This document shows, in pieces, positions 1 through 13,241 of a stretch of 64,000 nucleotides of DNA. The translations under genes were made by a program, and so were the position numbers. Position 1 is the stretch's first letter, and the number at the start of each line of letters is the position of its first letter. Source of the DNA: Octopus vulgaris (Eukaryota); assembly GCA_951406725.2 (NCBI GenBank), contig OX597820.1, forward strand, positions 42,346,001 through 42,410,000, in the 5' to 3' direction. A model generated the notes under the pieces. That model saw nothing but the letters and a program-made list of their open reading frames with translations, had not been told where the DNA came from and searched no databases.

Positions 1-91
1 ATTCCTCACCTTGCATATTCCCTTAAATTTTAGTATGCTTGTACTTACTTCGGCTAACAAATTGCTAGGATCAAATCAAAATTGCTTATTT

Positions 92-143
<52 letters not shown>

Positions 144-157
144 GCTGCTGCTGCTAC

Positions 158-191
<34 letters not shown>

Positions 192-271
192 GCCGCCACT
201 GCTGATGCTTCTACTGCTACTACAACTACTACTACTACTGTTATTATTATTATTATTATTATTATTAATAT

Positions 272-325
<54 letters not shown>
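92..325. repeat. Compound triplet microsatellite (TAC)n-(TGC)n-(TAC)n-(TTA)n-(TAG)n
   Basis: Read directly; accounts for the poly-Y/C/L/V/T/S ORFs at 11-442. Confidence 0.97.
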
Positions 326-327
<2 letters not shown>

Positions 328-402
328 TTGTTCTGCAATGTAACATAACAAATGTTTCTACTAACGAAATTCTATTGCATATTTTAGTTATTTGAGTTAT
401 AC

Positions 403-800
403 CTATGTTTACATTAACCCTATGGAATATCTGTCTAAACAAGAGTCAAACATTTATATCATTAATTGTTTTAAGTTGGCTGTCTTTTTAGTCTGACAGG
501 TGGAAAATTCTCGAAAATGCATCACATTATTCTTTGGCAGAACTACTTCGATTTAAAGTAAATAATCGAATTAAACCGATAAAACTTACGTTTGTTTTCA
601 ATGAGAATATATGTTTCTTAGTTTAGCTTAATGATAGACTCTAAGTCTTCCGTTCGAAGAATTCCTACGTCTGACATTGTTTACCTGTGTATATTCATTA
701 GCGTATTTCAGTTTCTATGTATTCACCAGCATCACAAGAAAATCTATGCACGTTTCTCTACATGCGTAATGTACATCCTAATGTCTATATAGCTGGAGTT
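403..800 (+). pseudogene. Possible decayed TIR-domain (Toll-like receptor) fragment
   Basis: Manual translation: LCLH at 403, ICLNK at 429, QVENSRKCITLF at 497-532, resembling TIR LCLHxRDF...AVENSRKTI; many stops and frameshifts; alignment by eye only. Confidence 0.3.
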
Positions 801-1331
801 TATTAGGAATCCTGAGAAATGTATTTGTGTGATTGTATGTAAGGGCATGTGTGTGAGTGTATAGTAATTTGTTTATACATATTAGCTTACTTATATTACA
901 ACTCTTCTATGTTTATTCTTGTTCACATGTTGACAGCTGAGTATTGTTCGTTAAACGTATGTAACTATGTGTGCGTGATTCTGAGTTGCGTATGCGAAGC
1001 AACGAAGTTTATCAGTTGTCATTAAATAAATAAGAAACTAGAGAGAGAATGAATGGCAGCAAGAAATAGCAACAAAAAAAAGGTACAGTTAAAATTGTAT
1101 ATAAAAAAATAGAGAAAGGAAAATACTTGTTGAAATACGAATAATATCGTAATATACATTAAGCCACACCTGAAAAGATGGTGTAGGTTGATTGAAGGAT
1201 TTAAGGCGTTTATCTCGCCATCTGGGAACCAATGTAAAATGGATCATCATCAAGTGAAGAAGAGGAACAAAGAGTGAAATGAGGAGGAGGCGAAGTGAAA
1301 GACAACAGCTTAAGATGACAGAGAGTTGTAT

Positions 1332-1368
<37 letters not shown>

Positions 1369-1833
1369 AGAGGGCGTGGGAGCGAAAGAAATAGGAAATG
1401 AAAGTGAACGAGAGAGAGAGGGAGGAAAGGAATAATAGTAAACAAAGATTAACAGGGATACAAAAGAAAGATTAGGCACTAAAATGAGAGAAAAGAAAAG
1501 GCAGAGACAGCGTGACGGAGAGAGATTGTGAAGAGAAAGATATTTAGAATAGTGGGAAAGAAAAAGTGTGCGTGAAAGAGAGTAGCAACGAGATGGTAAC
1601 GATAGAGAGATAAAATAGAAAGAGATAGAAACGGTAAGGAAAGGTAAGGGTTTAGCAACGAATATTGAAAGTGAGTGTAAATGTGTCACTATGTGTACGT
1701 ACTTACGTACGTACATACGTATGTATGTATAAATGTATGTATGTATGTATGTATGTATGTATGTATCTAACTATCTGTCTTTCTGTTTCGTTGTTACTCT
1801 ATTTCAAGCACACTTTTTTATATACTTACAAAT

Positions 1834-2337
<504 letters not shown>

Positions 2338-2514
2338 ATATATATATATAATTTTTGTTAGTATGTATGTATTTATATCATTTTAGTATTTTATACGTTT
2401 CAGCCCTAAGGCTGTGGCCATGCTGGGGCATCCCCAGGGAAGAATGAGCATACGCCAGCAGAGAGACATGGACCCGTGACCCTCAGATTACCCCTAAGGT
2501 CAACCTCGAAAATC

Positions 2515-2730
2515 TTTCACTTGTTTCGGTCTTTGACTACAGCCATGACAGAGAACCGCCTTGACGTCTTTTCGTAGTCGAAAAAATCGGCCCCAGGACT
2601 TATTTCTTAAGCCTAGTACTTATTCTGTCTGTTTTGCCGAATCGCTTATTACGGGTACGTAAACAGATCAGCACTGGTCGTGAAGCGCAGATGGTAAGAC
2701 AGCCAGAAACATCCTCCCTCCCCCATATAT
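2515..2730 (-). mobile_element. Diverged partial copy of SINE family A (3' half)
   Basis: cttgtttcggtctttgactacagccatg...ccccaggacttatt...ttttgccgaatcgct aligns to the adjacent copy at 2734-3146. Confidence 0.75.
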
Positions 2731-2733
2731 ATA

Positions 2734-3146
2734 TACTCTTTACTCTTTTACTTGTTTCAGTCATTTGACTGCAGCCATGCTGGAGCACCGCCTTTAGTCG
2801 AGCAAATCGACCCCGGGATTTATTCTTTGTAAGCCCAGTACTTATTCTATCGGTCGCTTTTGCCGAGCTGCTAAGTAACGGGGACGTAAACACACCAGCA
2901 TCGGTTGTCAAGCAATGCTAGGGGGACAAACATATACACAAACATACATATATATATATATATACACATATATACGACAGGCTTCTATATATATATATAC
3001 ATGGCGGTCTTCTTTCAGTTTCCGTCTACCAAATCCACTCACAAGGCTTTTGTCGGCCTGAGGTTACTGCAGAAACACTAGCCCATGTGGTTTGGAACCA
3101 TGTGGTTTGGAAGCAAGATTATTACCACACAGTCACGCCTGCACCT
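2734..3146 (-). mobile_element. tRNA-derived SINE family A (dominant octopus-type SINE)
   Basis: High identity to copies at 8821, 34836, 51303 and 58249; tail GGTGCTCCAGCATGGC...GAAACAAGTAAAAGAGTAAAAGAG; central (TA)/(CA) tract. Confidence 0.92.
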
Positions 3147-3799
3147 ATAATATAGATATATATTATATATATTATATAAATGCAGAGAGGGGAGGAGGGA
3201 GATAAAGTGCTTCATAGATTTGTTTTTTGTGTCGTTAGAAAGAAATTATGGGAAAAGATGAAACACGAAAAATACGTAACACAAAGGTCAAGATTCAAGC
3301 AATGTAACCATACATTTCCTCTGTTGAATGAAGGTCAAGGCAATCTCGGTGCATTAATAAACATCTAGTTACATTGATATCTATGGTCTGACTATTACTC
3401 CGATATTGGATGAAGGATACTAGAGTCGATTAGGTTTGGATGAAGGAATTTCTTATGATAGAGCTTGTGAAAAGGAAAGAATAACTAGGAAATATAACAC
3501 CGAAATAAAGAAAATACGGCCCTCAGCTCTCTCCTAAAATAATCCAATAACGCATAATGATTTTCCTGTGGCAATTCTCATCCCATCACTTGAAATGCTC
3601 GATTCAAAGTTAGATATTCGGGTTATGGATTATAAAAGCCACAAACTGCTAAACTATACATCAATAGTGTTGTAGATCACCTCTAAGACCGGGAAAAGGG
3701 AGGAAGGAGACACTTAACCTTGATCTAAACAGTCTATGTATGTCATATCATATCGTTTCGACATTTACTGTGTCAAGCCCATGGTTCAAGTCAACATAT

Positions 3800-4600
3800 G
3801 AGAATTCGTTAATACGATGAGCTTTTAAAAGGAATTTCTAACTCTATATATCTAAAACTTATCATTTGAAGAGTACCTGCATAAATACCAGTAGATTCAT
3901 ACGTTACTATATTTCTAGACTTTATCAAAGTAGCAGCATCACTTGCAATCAGAGTAGTCTATATTAAACTGAAAAAAAATCATGGAAAAAAAATCAGTAT
4001 TATCTTTCAGTTTGAAGGAGCCAAAAATAACCATCAAATACCTGTGCAAAAATGGAACATCGTAAATGAAGCATCCACGTATGATAATAGATGCAAATTT
4101 TGTGGAATTAAACCAAGGATATTAGCCACATCCAAAGTAGGTCTTCGAAAAATCATCAAGGTATCATGTGGTTAAAATATTATATAAAGAAATTCTTAGA
4201 AATGGTAACACTGAGGTGATAAATATAAGCAGCTAGAGTGGTGGAGGGCATCGCATAATATGAAAGAATAGGGGTAAGATATACCTGTCAATAAAATGCT
4301 TGCATAACAGACCAGAAATATTGATCTGGGACAGGGAAATGAGACTATGCATCATGGTTGAAATCAGTTGCTCAACTAATATCAAAATAATTTTAAGATT
4401 ATTGAAAAAGAAGACAGTTATACCCATCTGATAAGAAATGTGCTGTTATTCAATCTAAACCATAGCCTTAGACTTCTATCAGTAACTATTGAAAGTATCG
4501 ACTACATGACTAATTGCCTCAGTCGCAATTTTGAGAAGCTGAATTTCACAGAACCAGAAGAAGCACGACTAATCAGAAGATTACTGATAAACGATATTTT
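3800..4600 (+). mobile_element. Decayed R4/Dong-type (RLE endonuclease) non-LTR retrotransposon, 3' coding region
   Basis: Manual translation: NRCKFCG (CCHC region) and HNRPEILIWDREMRLCIMVEISC...EKEDSYTHLIRN, the PD-(D/E)xK restriction-like endonuclease pattern. Confidence 0.75.
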
Positions 4601-4778
4601 TCGAAATAAATAACTCATTGAAGTTCAGTATGTTATAAATTTCCTCTCTTTGGTGTCATAGTTATTTCTGTACCTAAACACGTGTGCTCATACATATGCA
4701 TAAGAGTACTTGCATATGTACATTCATTCATTCACTCATACATACACACACACATACATACATACATACATACATACA

Positions 4779-4804
<26 letters not shown>

Positions 4805-4809
<5 letters not shown>

Positions 4810-5550
4810 CCAATCCATCATTGGAACTGTAAAATTCTGTAAAACTTTCTAGACTTTTATCACTTAAATATATATGAGCATGTCTAGATATGTAACTATA
4901 TGCATGAGAATATATATATAAAACATACATACATACATACGTACATACATAAATACATACATACATACATACATAAATACATACATACATACGTACGTAC
5001 GTACATACATACATACATACATACATACATACATACATACATACATACATACATACATACATACATACTCACATACATACATACATACATACATACATAC
5101 ATACAAATATATAATGTTAAAATTCCAATGAAGGAACTAGGTTAGAAAACGGTTCTTACTCTATTGTCAAGAATATTTGAAATGAACTGAATAATGACAT
5201 ACATACATAGAAGTCTACAGATCTAATTCATCACTTAAACTGTAAAAAGTTGTAAAACTTTCCAGAAGTTTATCATTTAAGTATATATAATCCTGTCTAG
5301 ATATGCAAATATATGCACTAGAAGACATGCACAAAACAAAACAAATGAATGTGCACATATACATACATACATACATACATACATTCATGCATACATACAT
5401 AAATACATACATACATACATACACCCCCAAAAATTACCTTGTTGTTGATATTGAAATTCCAATCAAGGAGCCTAGGATCTAGGTTAGAAACCAGCTCTTT
5501 CTTTATTGGCAAGTAAACTTTAAATAAAACTGAATAATAGCATATATACA
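4805..5550. repeat. Two tandem diverged copies of an unclassified interspersed repeat, with (TACA)n expansions
   Basis: 4805-5210 and 5215-5550 share ctgtaaaa..tgtaaaacttt..ttatca and aaattccaat..aggttagaaa..aactgaataat; an inverted copy lies at about 58670-58930. Confidence 0.8.
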
Positions 5551-5681
5551 AACATACAATTCAACCCTGATGGTGCCTTATTCGCAATGAAAGTGTCTTG
5601 TGCTAGATTAGACAACAGTCCTTTATCCATTGATAATAAAGTCGAAAAATAAAGCCAAGAAGACACACAAACACACACACG

Positions 5682-5728
<47 letters not shown>

Positions 5729-5799
5729 GCACACACACACGCAATCACTACTGCTAAACAACATTAACAAAAATTAATATATAAACCTAGTGCGAAAAA

Positions 5800-6310
5800 G
5801 CGAGGAACAGAAAGTTTTAATTGTTGGCAGTGAGCTCCTCATGAAATGTTCTCCTTCTGATGACCTCCCATACCAGCCTAATCAGCTGGACTAACATATC
5901 TGAAAGAAGACCTTGAAGCATAACACTCAGCTAATCCAAAAAACGGACTATGTACGAGTACCTTTCCTGAAGATTTGAATATGTCACTAATATAAACATG
6001 AAGTGAGGCACTTATTTTTTTAACTTTTGATCAATACATCACATCACACTTTCAATCAGATGAGTTTGTTAAGAACTCTCTAGTAAGCAAGAGACAGTGA
6101 AACCCTTGGAGCTCCAAGATGCAACCAGAAATATTGATTATGTGCCATTTCTGTAGAAGGCATATGATATGTATTTAGCACCTACCCCAAAATATTATCA
6201 AGGTACTAGCTACTTATGCGACACGACGCAGTCGACAAAACAATATAGAATGCCCTCCACAAAAACGACTGCCTGACATAAATATGGAGAAAGCTCTATC
6301 ATTGAAAACA
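5800..6310 (+). mobile_element. Decayed R4/Dong-type LINE fragment
   Basis: Translation near 6140-6270: STYPKILSRY*LLMRHDAVDKTI*NALHKNDC, the RHD motif that follows the CCHC finger in RLE elements. Confidence 0.6.
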
Positions 6311-7540
6311 TACATACATATCTACACAAAGAATATTGTTGAATTATTCCCAACAAAATTTCTCCTACGTTTCTCCATGCACTCGGCTCATTTAGATGAT
6401 TCCATTAAAAGGCAAAAGCTTTAAGTTTTGTGGTGCAGATTGAAAGTAGCTAACTACACATGCATGCTGCAAAAAGGATTCTAAGAATGTTGGGCAGAGA
6501 GAGACATAGAAAATAGTACTAAACTTAACTACATTTCAGAGTTGTTTGGAAGGCAAATTAAAAGTAGAACCGAGAGAAATAGGCTTGCGTGTAAATATGT
6601 ATATGTGAAAGCAACGTCGTGAGGATATGTGTGGTAATTTGTCGGATTTTCAGAGTCGTTCAAAAAACGATGGCTAGCATAATTAAAAGAGAAAGAGTTC
6701 TCTACGTTTTATTGAATCACTTGAGATCGTCTACTCCCAATTAAACCTACACAAAAAAAAAAAAACAAACAAGTAAACAAAGAATACTATGAATTAATTT
6801 TTGCATATATACACAAAACTTTTGAAATATTCAGATACTTGAAACCAATGCTATTCCCTGATCAGTATCCCGAAAGCACTTTACTGAAACGTACAGAAGG
6901 ATGCATTAATTTGACTAATGCTACCTAATTCCCTTTTTAATTTCACGTTCATTTACAGTATTTTAGAATACACGATCTCTTTTTTGTGTGTGTGTGTGGG
7001 GGGGAATCCCATTTAACATAGATTTATCATGTCACAGTTAGTAACTAGGCATTTCCATAAGTCATTCCATGATGGAAAGAGAAACGTAGAAAAACCATGA
7101 TTGAAGTATGAGGACGAACACAAAGTTACACTAAAAAAAAAAAACTAATATGCTGGTTAACTTACTATAAAGCCATAAAATCTACAAAAAAAGCCGCCAG
7201 GATATATTTCAAAGGCTAAAAACAAATTCCCGATATCACTTGCAAGCCGCGTTGTGTAACTATCCTCTCTTATGTCCACTACATAAACTTCTTTCTAAAT
7301 TATTGGCTGAATCCAAGTCTCTCAAAAATTATAGACATCTGATCTAAAAAAATATTATGTTCGACACATATTTTGATATAGCTGGGGGCATCCATACACA
7401 TACACATATGAACTTATCGTTAGTTAAAATGTTTTTGTGACATATTTTAACTAAAGGCAAATTCACTGCAATGACCGTGGACAAAACAGTTTCTCTTATT
7501 GTAACAGGTCTAAAAACAGTTGACCAAAATTCACTCTCAA

Positions 7541-7662
7541 GGATTTGGTAGGAACGAGGCTTTTTGTAAAAGACGCTTGCCCGAGGTGCTATCCAGTGGG
7601 AGTGATGCTTGTGCAATGTAGCTGGCAAACAAACTTCTTACCACACAGTCACGCCTGCACCT
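7541..7662 (-). mobile_element. SINE family A, 5' fragment
   Basis: cttgcccgaggtgc...cttaccacacagtcacgcctgcacct matches the SINE head. Confidence 0.75.
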
Positions 7663-7689
7663 ACACACGAATCCACATACACGTATATA

Positions 7690-8071
7690 TGTGTGTATTT
7701 ATGAGAGAGAAAGAAGGGGAGAAAGAGAGATAGGCAATTATGCTGATAAACAAATGAGATATATTAAATATATTAAATATAATATTTTGGGTATGAAATA
7801 TAAAATATGTATAAATGTAAACATGCAAAACAAAACGAATTCAAACTTAGACTCCGGTTTATTTACAGTCTGAGTGTATATATATACATATATATATATG
7901 CATATATATTATGTATATATATATATATATAGCTTATAAATAAGGGCTTAAGTTGTTTATAATTTTAACCGTAAAGGTATTTTAATATGCTGCCACATTT
8001 TTTGACGGAATTTTTTTTCTGTAAAAAATACTTTATCCTATATTAGTATATATATATATGTATATATATAA

Positions 8072-8103
<32 letters not shown>

Positions 8104-8365
8104 ATAATCCAGATGAGAGCCAGAGGATCTGAGTATAGCGGACACTTAGTAGTGCGCAAAATGTTGAAACTTAGACTGTAAAGACCTCTGAGTCTAAGTT
8201 TGAATTCGTTTTGAATGTATACGTATATACATATTTTGTATTTCATTCCCAAAATATTAGATTTAATATATTTAATATATTCAATATATTTAATTTGTTT
8301 ATCAGCATAATTACTTCTCTCTCTCCCCCTATCCCTCTCTTTCTCTCGCTCTCTCTGCATATATA
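7690..8365. repeat. Inverted repeat (arms about 7690-7875 and 8170-8365) around a TA-rich spacer
   Basis: aattatgctgataaacaaat...aaaacgaattcaaacttagactc vs gagtctaagtttgaattcgtttt...atttgtttatcagcataatt; the ORF track gives near-identical peptides on opposite strands. Confidence 0.9.
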
Positions 8366-8820
8366 TGTGTGTGTTTGTCTCTGTGTGTGAGTGCATGTAT
8401 GCGTGTATGTATGTGTGCGTGTGTGTATGTGTGTGTGCGTGTGTGTATGTGTGTGCGTGTGTGTATGTGTGTGCGTGTATGTATGTGTGTGTGTGTATGT
8501 TTCTAGAATATGAAAGCTCTAGAAAATGATACATGTGACCAGATGATATAGCTCAGTAGCAGGATTCGCACACCATTTGTATAGAGTGAAGTTAGAGGCG
8601 AATTACCAAACCACACAATAGGCAAACGAGTGGAATACAAGCTACGCAAAAGTGCTGTGAGTTTGGATGGTAATGAAATTGGCTGGTGAAAATTGAATCT
8701 AAATTAAGAAGAGGCACAGAATAAATTTTATGAAAACATATTTTGTACTTTAGAATTTAAAGCATCTAACAGGAGGTGTATTTGCCAGACAGGTGATTTG
8801 ATGTGAGACCGTATTTTCTT

Positions 8821-9208
8821 TTCTTTTATCTGTTTCAGTCATTTGACCGTAGCCATGCTGGAACACCGCTTTTAGTCGAGCAAATCGACCCCAGGACTTA
8901 TTCTTTGTAAGCCTAGTACTTATTCTGTCGGTCCTTTTGCCGAACCGCTAAGTTACGGGGACGTAAACACACCAGCATCGGTTGCCAAGCGATGTTGGGG
9001 AGAAAAACACAAACACACAAACATATATATATATATACATATATACGACGGGCTTCTTTCAGTTTCCGTCTACCAAATCCACTCACAAGGCTTTGGTCGG
9101 ATGAGGCTATAGTAGAAGACACTTGTCCAAGGTGCCACGCAATGGGACTGAACCCGGAACCATGTGGTTGGTAAGCAAGCTACTTTCCACAAAGCCACTC
9201 CTGCACCT
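8821..9208 (-). mobile_element. SINE family A, full length
   Basis: Complete head, body and tail; near-identical to other copies. Confidence 0.95.
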
Positions 9209-9274
9209 GTTGACAAAACATTTACAGCATATAAGATATATATTAGACGTGTGAGTGATCATGTTCCTAAATAA

Positions 9275-9486
9275 TGATTTCAAATTTGACACAAAGCCAC
9301 CAGTTTCTGGGAAGGGTGTTAGTTCATTACATCGACCCTAGTGCTCATTTGGTGCGTATTTCATTGACTCCGAAAGGATGAAAGCAAAGTCAACCTCGGC
9401 AGCATTTGTATTCAGAATGTACAGACGGACGAAATGCCGCTAAGGATTTTGCCCGACATTCTAACTTTTCTGCCAGCTTGCAGCCT
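9275..9486 (-). mobile_element. SINE family C (Nin-domain-like core)
   Basis: Core gaaaggatgaaagcaaagtcaacctcggc and atcgaccctagtg, shared with 11720-11865 and 23660-23945; family name is an inference. Confidence 0.7.
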
Positions 9487-9560
9487 GTATCTAGCTAAAT
9501 GTTGACTTCTTGTAGTTTTCGTTTCTCGTTAACAGTGACGTGTATTTGTATGTGTGTATT

Positions 9561-9593
<33 letters not shown>

Positions 9594-9710
9594 AGAGAGA
9601 GAGAGATTCATATATACATACACACATACATACATACATACATGCATACATACATATATACATACTTACTATCAGGTGAGCACAAGTGTGTACATACGCC
9701 GATATATGTT

Positions 9711-10070
9711 TATATAAATGTAAAAATCGGAGAAGAAACGCAATAGAGGAAATAAAACATTCGGACAGATAGATGGTACATAGGCGGACAGAAGAAACAA
9801 CAATAGGAAGGACTGGGGGGAAAAATGACGGGTCATTCGTGGCCTTCTTTCTTCAGTCAAGTTACCAGATGTTCTTACTGTTTCGCGCCAAGTGTATCTG
9901 ACCGAAAGAGTAAGGACATCTGGTAACTGGACTAAAGAAGGAAGGCGACGAATGTCCCGTCCTTTTTTTCCCCTGTCCGTCTAACTGTTGTTTCTCCTGT
10001 CCGCCTTTGTTTCATGCACCTTTCGAATGTTTCATTGTTCTCTATTGTGTTTTTGTTCCGTTTCATATAT
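9711..10070. mobile_element. Palindromic foldback element (about 360 bp hairpin)
   Basis: gacgggtcattcgtggccttc...agttaccagatgttcttactgtttcg pairs with cgaaagagtaaggacatctggtaact...gaaggcgacgaatgtcccgtc; outer arms also complementary; TA flanks. Confidence 0.85.
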
Positions 10071-11199
10071 AGCTATAATGTATTTTACACTTTTCTTTTC
10101 GTATTGATAAAATATTAAGAAACAATGTTTTAATGAAGGTTTAACATTTCCCCGTGCATGTTATTTATTGACAGGATCGTATAAGGAGAAGAGTTAATGG
10201 GTAAATCGGTACAATTAGTTGGATATATAATTAAAAAGCGAATGCAGTTCGATAAAGACAAAGAGTAAAGGAGAAAATATGGAAGAGAAAGTGCGAAGGA
10301 GAAAGTAAGTTCAGATTTCTGACGTAGTCGAAATAATAGTATATTTCTTTATCATATTTCTTTGTTTCAGTCGATAAATTTTATCTGTTTCTTTACAAGT
10401 ATATTTTACTGTCTAACAATTCTTAATTTATGTGTAGGTTAACCCCAGGTCATCCACGGCGTTAAGCAACAACATAAATATTTATTTTCGTCTTAGACAT
10501 TATCAAATGCTTTATGTACATGTGTATACATATGTCATATTTTTTGTGCGCGTCTGGGTCTTTATGTATATTTAATATATTTATATTCACTGTGAATTTC
10601 TGGAGCGTACCCCCACTCTCACCCCCCCACACACAAATACACACACACTCACATATACACACGAATGTGAGTTCGCACACATACGCTTAAAATCACAAAG
10701 TTGCGTGTACGCACAGTTATTTTAGAATGAAAAATGTATAAATCTTTACATCAGTATCATATTACTTCTTCATACGTGTATAATATATTTTATCAATATG
10801 TATGTATAGCTATGCACGCATGTGTACATGTGTGTATGCATGCACTATTTTAGCGTGTGAGTGCGTATGCGTGTGTGCGTACATGCCCGTCTGTGTGTGT
10901 GTATGCGTGCTCGTCTGTGTGTGCAAGTATTAGAATATGTAAATCAACAAAGAATGATAAAACGCAATTTTCATGAAGATTGAAAATAATTTTTTGCCTT
11001 ATCTGTACATACATGTACAAACTTCAACCGATTTCTTGTAAGAGGAGTGACTGAATACGCCAAGACATGCTGAGGATTGGCTCTCAGGAGTCATGGGCAG
11101 TTCAGACATATGCATGCACATACATACATGAATATTTACATGCATACATATTAGTAGTGCAAGGGCACTGAGCATGAAAGAAACAATCCAGAGATGGAA

Positions 11200-12010
11200 C
11201 AAATAATAATATCACATGGAATATCGACAAGATTATTACATCCCACTTATAAGGCCATCTAAATGCTGTTCAAAAGAAACAGATCCCCATCAAGCGTCAA
11301 AAGCGTAAGCGGCAAAACTTTTGACGGAGAAACGTACGCTACACAAATCTAAAACTGGAGATATCAGACACGATATTGCCAACTGCGAGAGAATATCATG
11401 TAAATGTGCTCTCATGAGTCATGTTGAAGAGGCAAGAACAATTTGGAGCAGAGTAATAAAAAATATAAGACCAACTGACAAAGTTGACTATACTGAAAAT
11501 AAAAGAAATTTGTTGGAACTTAACATATTACAAGTGAGATATAGTAGCGTGGAGCCACAGGAAAAATTTTCCGTCCTTGAAATCAACTACTTGGACACCA
11601 ATGTGGTCAGAGAAAAATAAGAAGCAGGTGAAAGAGAACATCCATGGATCATCGATAAGTAGTTTACTAATCCAAAACCCATGGTACACTTTCATATTCG
11701 TTCCTATTATTATTGGTGCAACGCCGAGGTCGACTTTACTTTTCATCCTTTCAAGGTCGATAAATTAAGTACCAGTGAAACACTGAAGTCGATGTATGCG
11801 GCTTGCCCCCACCTTAAAGAAATTGCAGGCCTATTACTTTTAATAGAAAGGATTATTATTGGTGCTACATGATGCGTACCAATCTGCCTGGAGCAATGTA
11901 TCGATGAACTTGCATTTTGAGAGAGAGAATGTAGCTTCTCAAAACAAATGCAACAAATGATCACAATAGCTGGAACAATAAAATCTGCAAAACCTTCATA
12001 GGTTTTTAAA
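11200..12010 (+). mobile_element. Decayed R4/Dong-type LINE 3' coding region interrupted by a SINE
   Basis: DIRHDIANCERI (CCHC relic), NPWYTFIFVPIIIGA, resuming after the SINE as CVPICLEQCIDELAF...TIAGTIKSAKPS. Confidence 0.75.
11720..11865 (+). mobile_element. 5'-truncated SINE family C with 14-bp target-site duplication
   Basis: ATTATTATTGGTGC at 11706-11719 and 11852-11865 flanks the insert. Confidence 0.85.
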
Positions 12011-13241
12011 GAATAGTAAGTAGATAGACGGTCGAAATTAACACAAAACTGAAACAATAATCTATTGAAACACATACAGATGCATGGCTTATAAATATGT
12101 ATACGTGTTTAGACATACATAGATACATAAATACATAGGTACATGAATATTTATATATATATATACACCTACATACATATATATATACATATATACATAC
12201 ATACATATATATATATATATACATATACATACATACATATATAGGGTTTAATCTTAACTTTTTTGACAAAATGTTGTATTTTAGAAGCTATTTCGTCACA
12301 AGTTATAGAGTAATAATGGACAAATTCATGTTTGAAAAGTGCCAATACGCGAAACTCTCAGCTTTGGACTTATATACGTATCATACATATATATGTAAAA
12401 ATTCTCATCACGCAATGAAACCAATGAAAGAGCCTCTACCTGGTCGGTCATCACGCTAAAAATAACAGCCAATATATCCCCCTACCTAAATCACACGCCG
12501 ACTGTATGTAATGTCCAACGTTATCCTTAAAAACACGGTTTGCTGAAAGCTGGAATGTCTTTGATGATAGGTTTGGTGTATTAGGATTGATTCGAGACTA
12601 AGTAACAACATTATGGTAAATTTCTCTATCAACACCCGCACGATTTTCAATAAGAAAAAACACCCCGAAAATTGGATTTTTTGCGTGGAATCAAGTACCC
12701 TAACCTCCTAATATGCTGCAAATTCTTTATTTTGTTTCAGAAAAAATGGAGGTGGGCCGAGGGAGGTAAACGCGCCCTCTAACCTCGGAATCATTGGAAA
12801 TATGATTGATTAATAATTATTTAGGAAGAAAATTCATAAATAAAAAAAAATACAAGAACATTTTCTTACATTTGGAAATTAAAAATGTTTTTTTGTTTAT
12901 AAAATGGTTTTTATGTATGAAAGACCAAATGTTTACAGAAAATTGAAGGTAAAATAATAGTCATTTTTATTGCAAAATTAGGTTACTTAAGGTGAGCCTG
13001 GTAACTGGTGGTTTGGGGGTCTTGTTGTTTGTAATCTTTGGTGAGCCATGGTGCAACCAACAATATGGTAAAAATCCTCGACATTAATTTGGTGTAGATG
13101 GGTAATATCAAATAATTCAATCACAACATATATTTAAATTAAACATGAAAAAATTGAAATATTATCATCACTTATATGGAAAAATTGAAATATTATCTTT
13201 CAGTATTTTATAAGGTAAAATCTTAAATTATTGACACATTA

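Noticed and set aside
92-325. Functional hairpin from (TAC)n/(TAG)n complementarity
   Set aside because: Trivial complementarity of simple repeats, common in this genome type.
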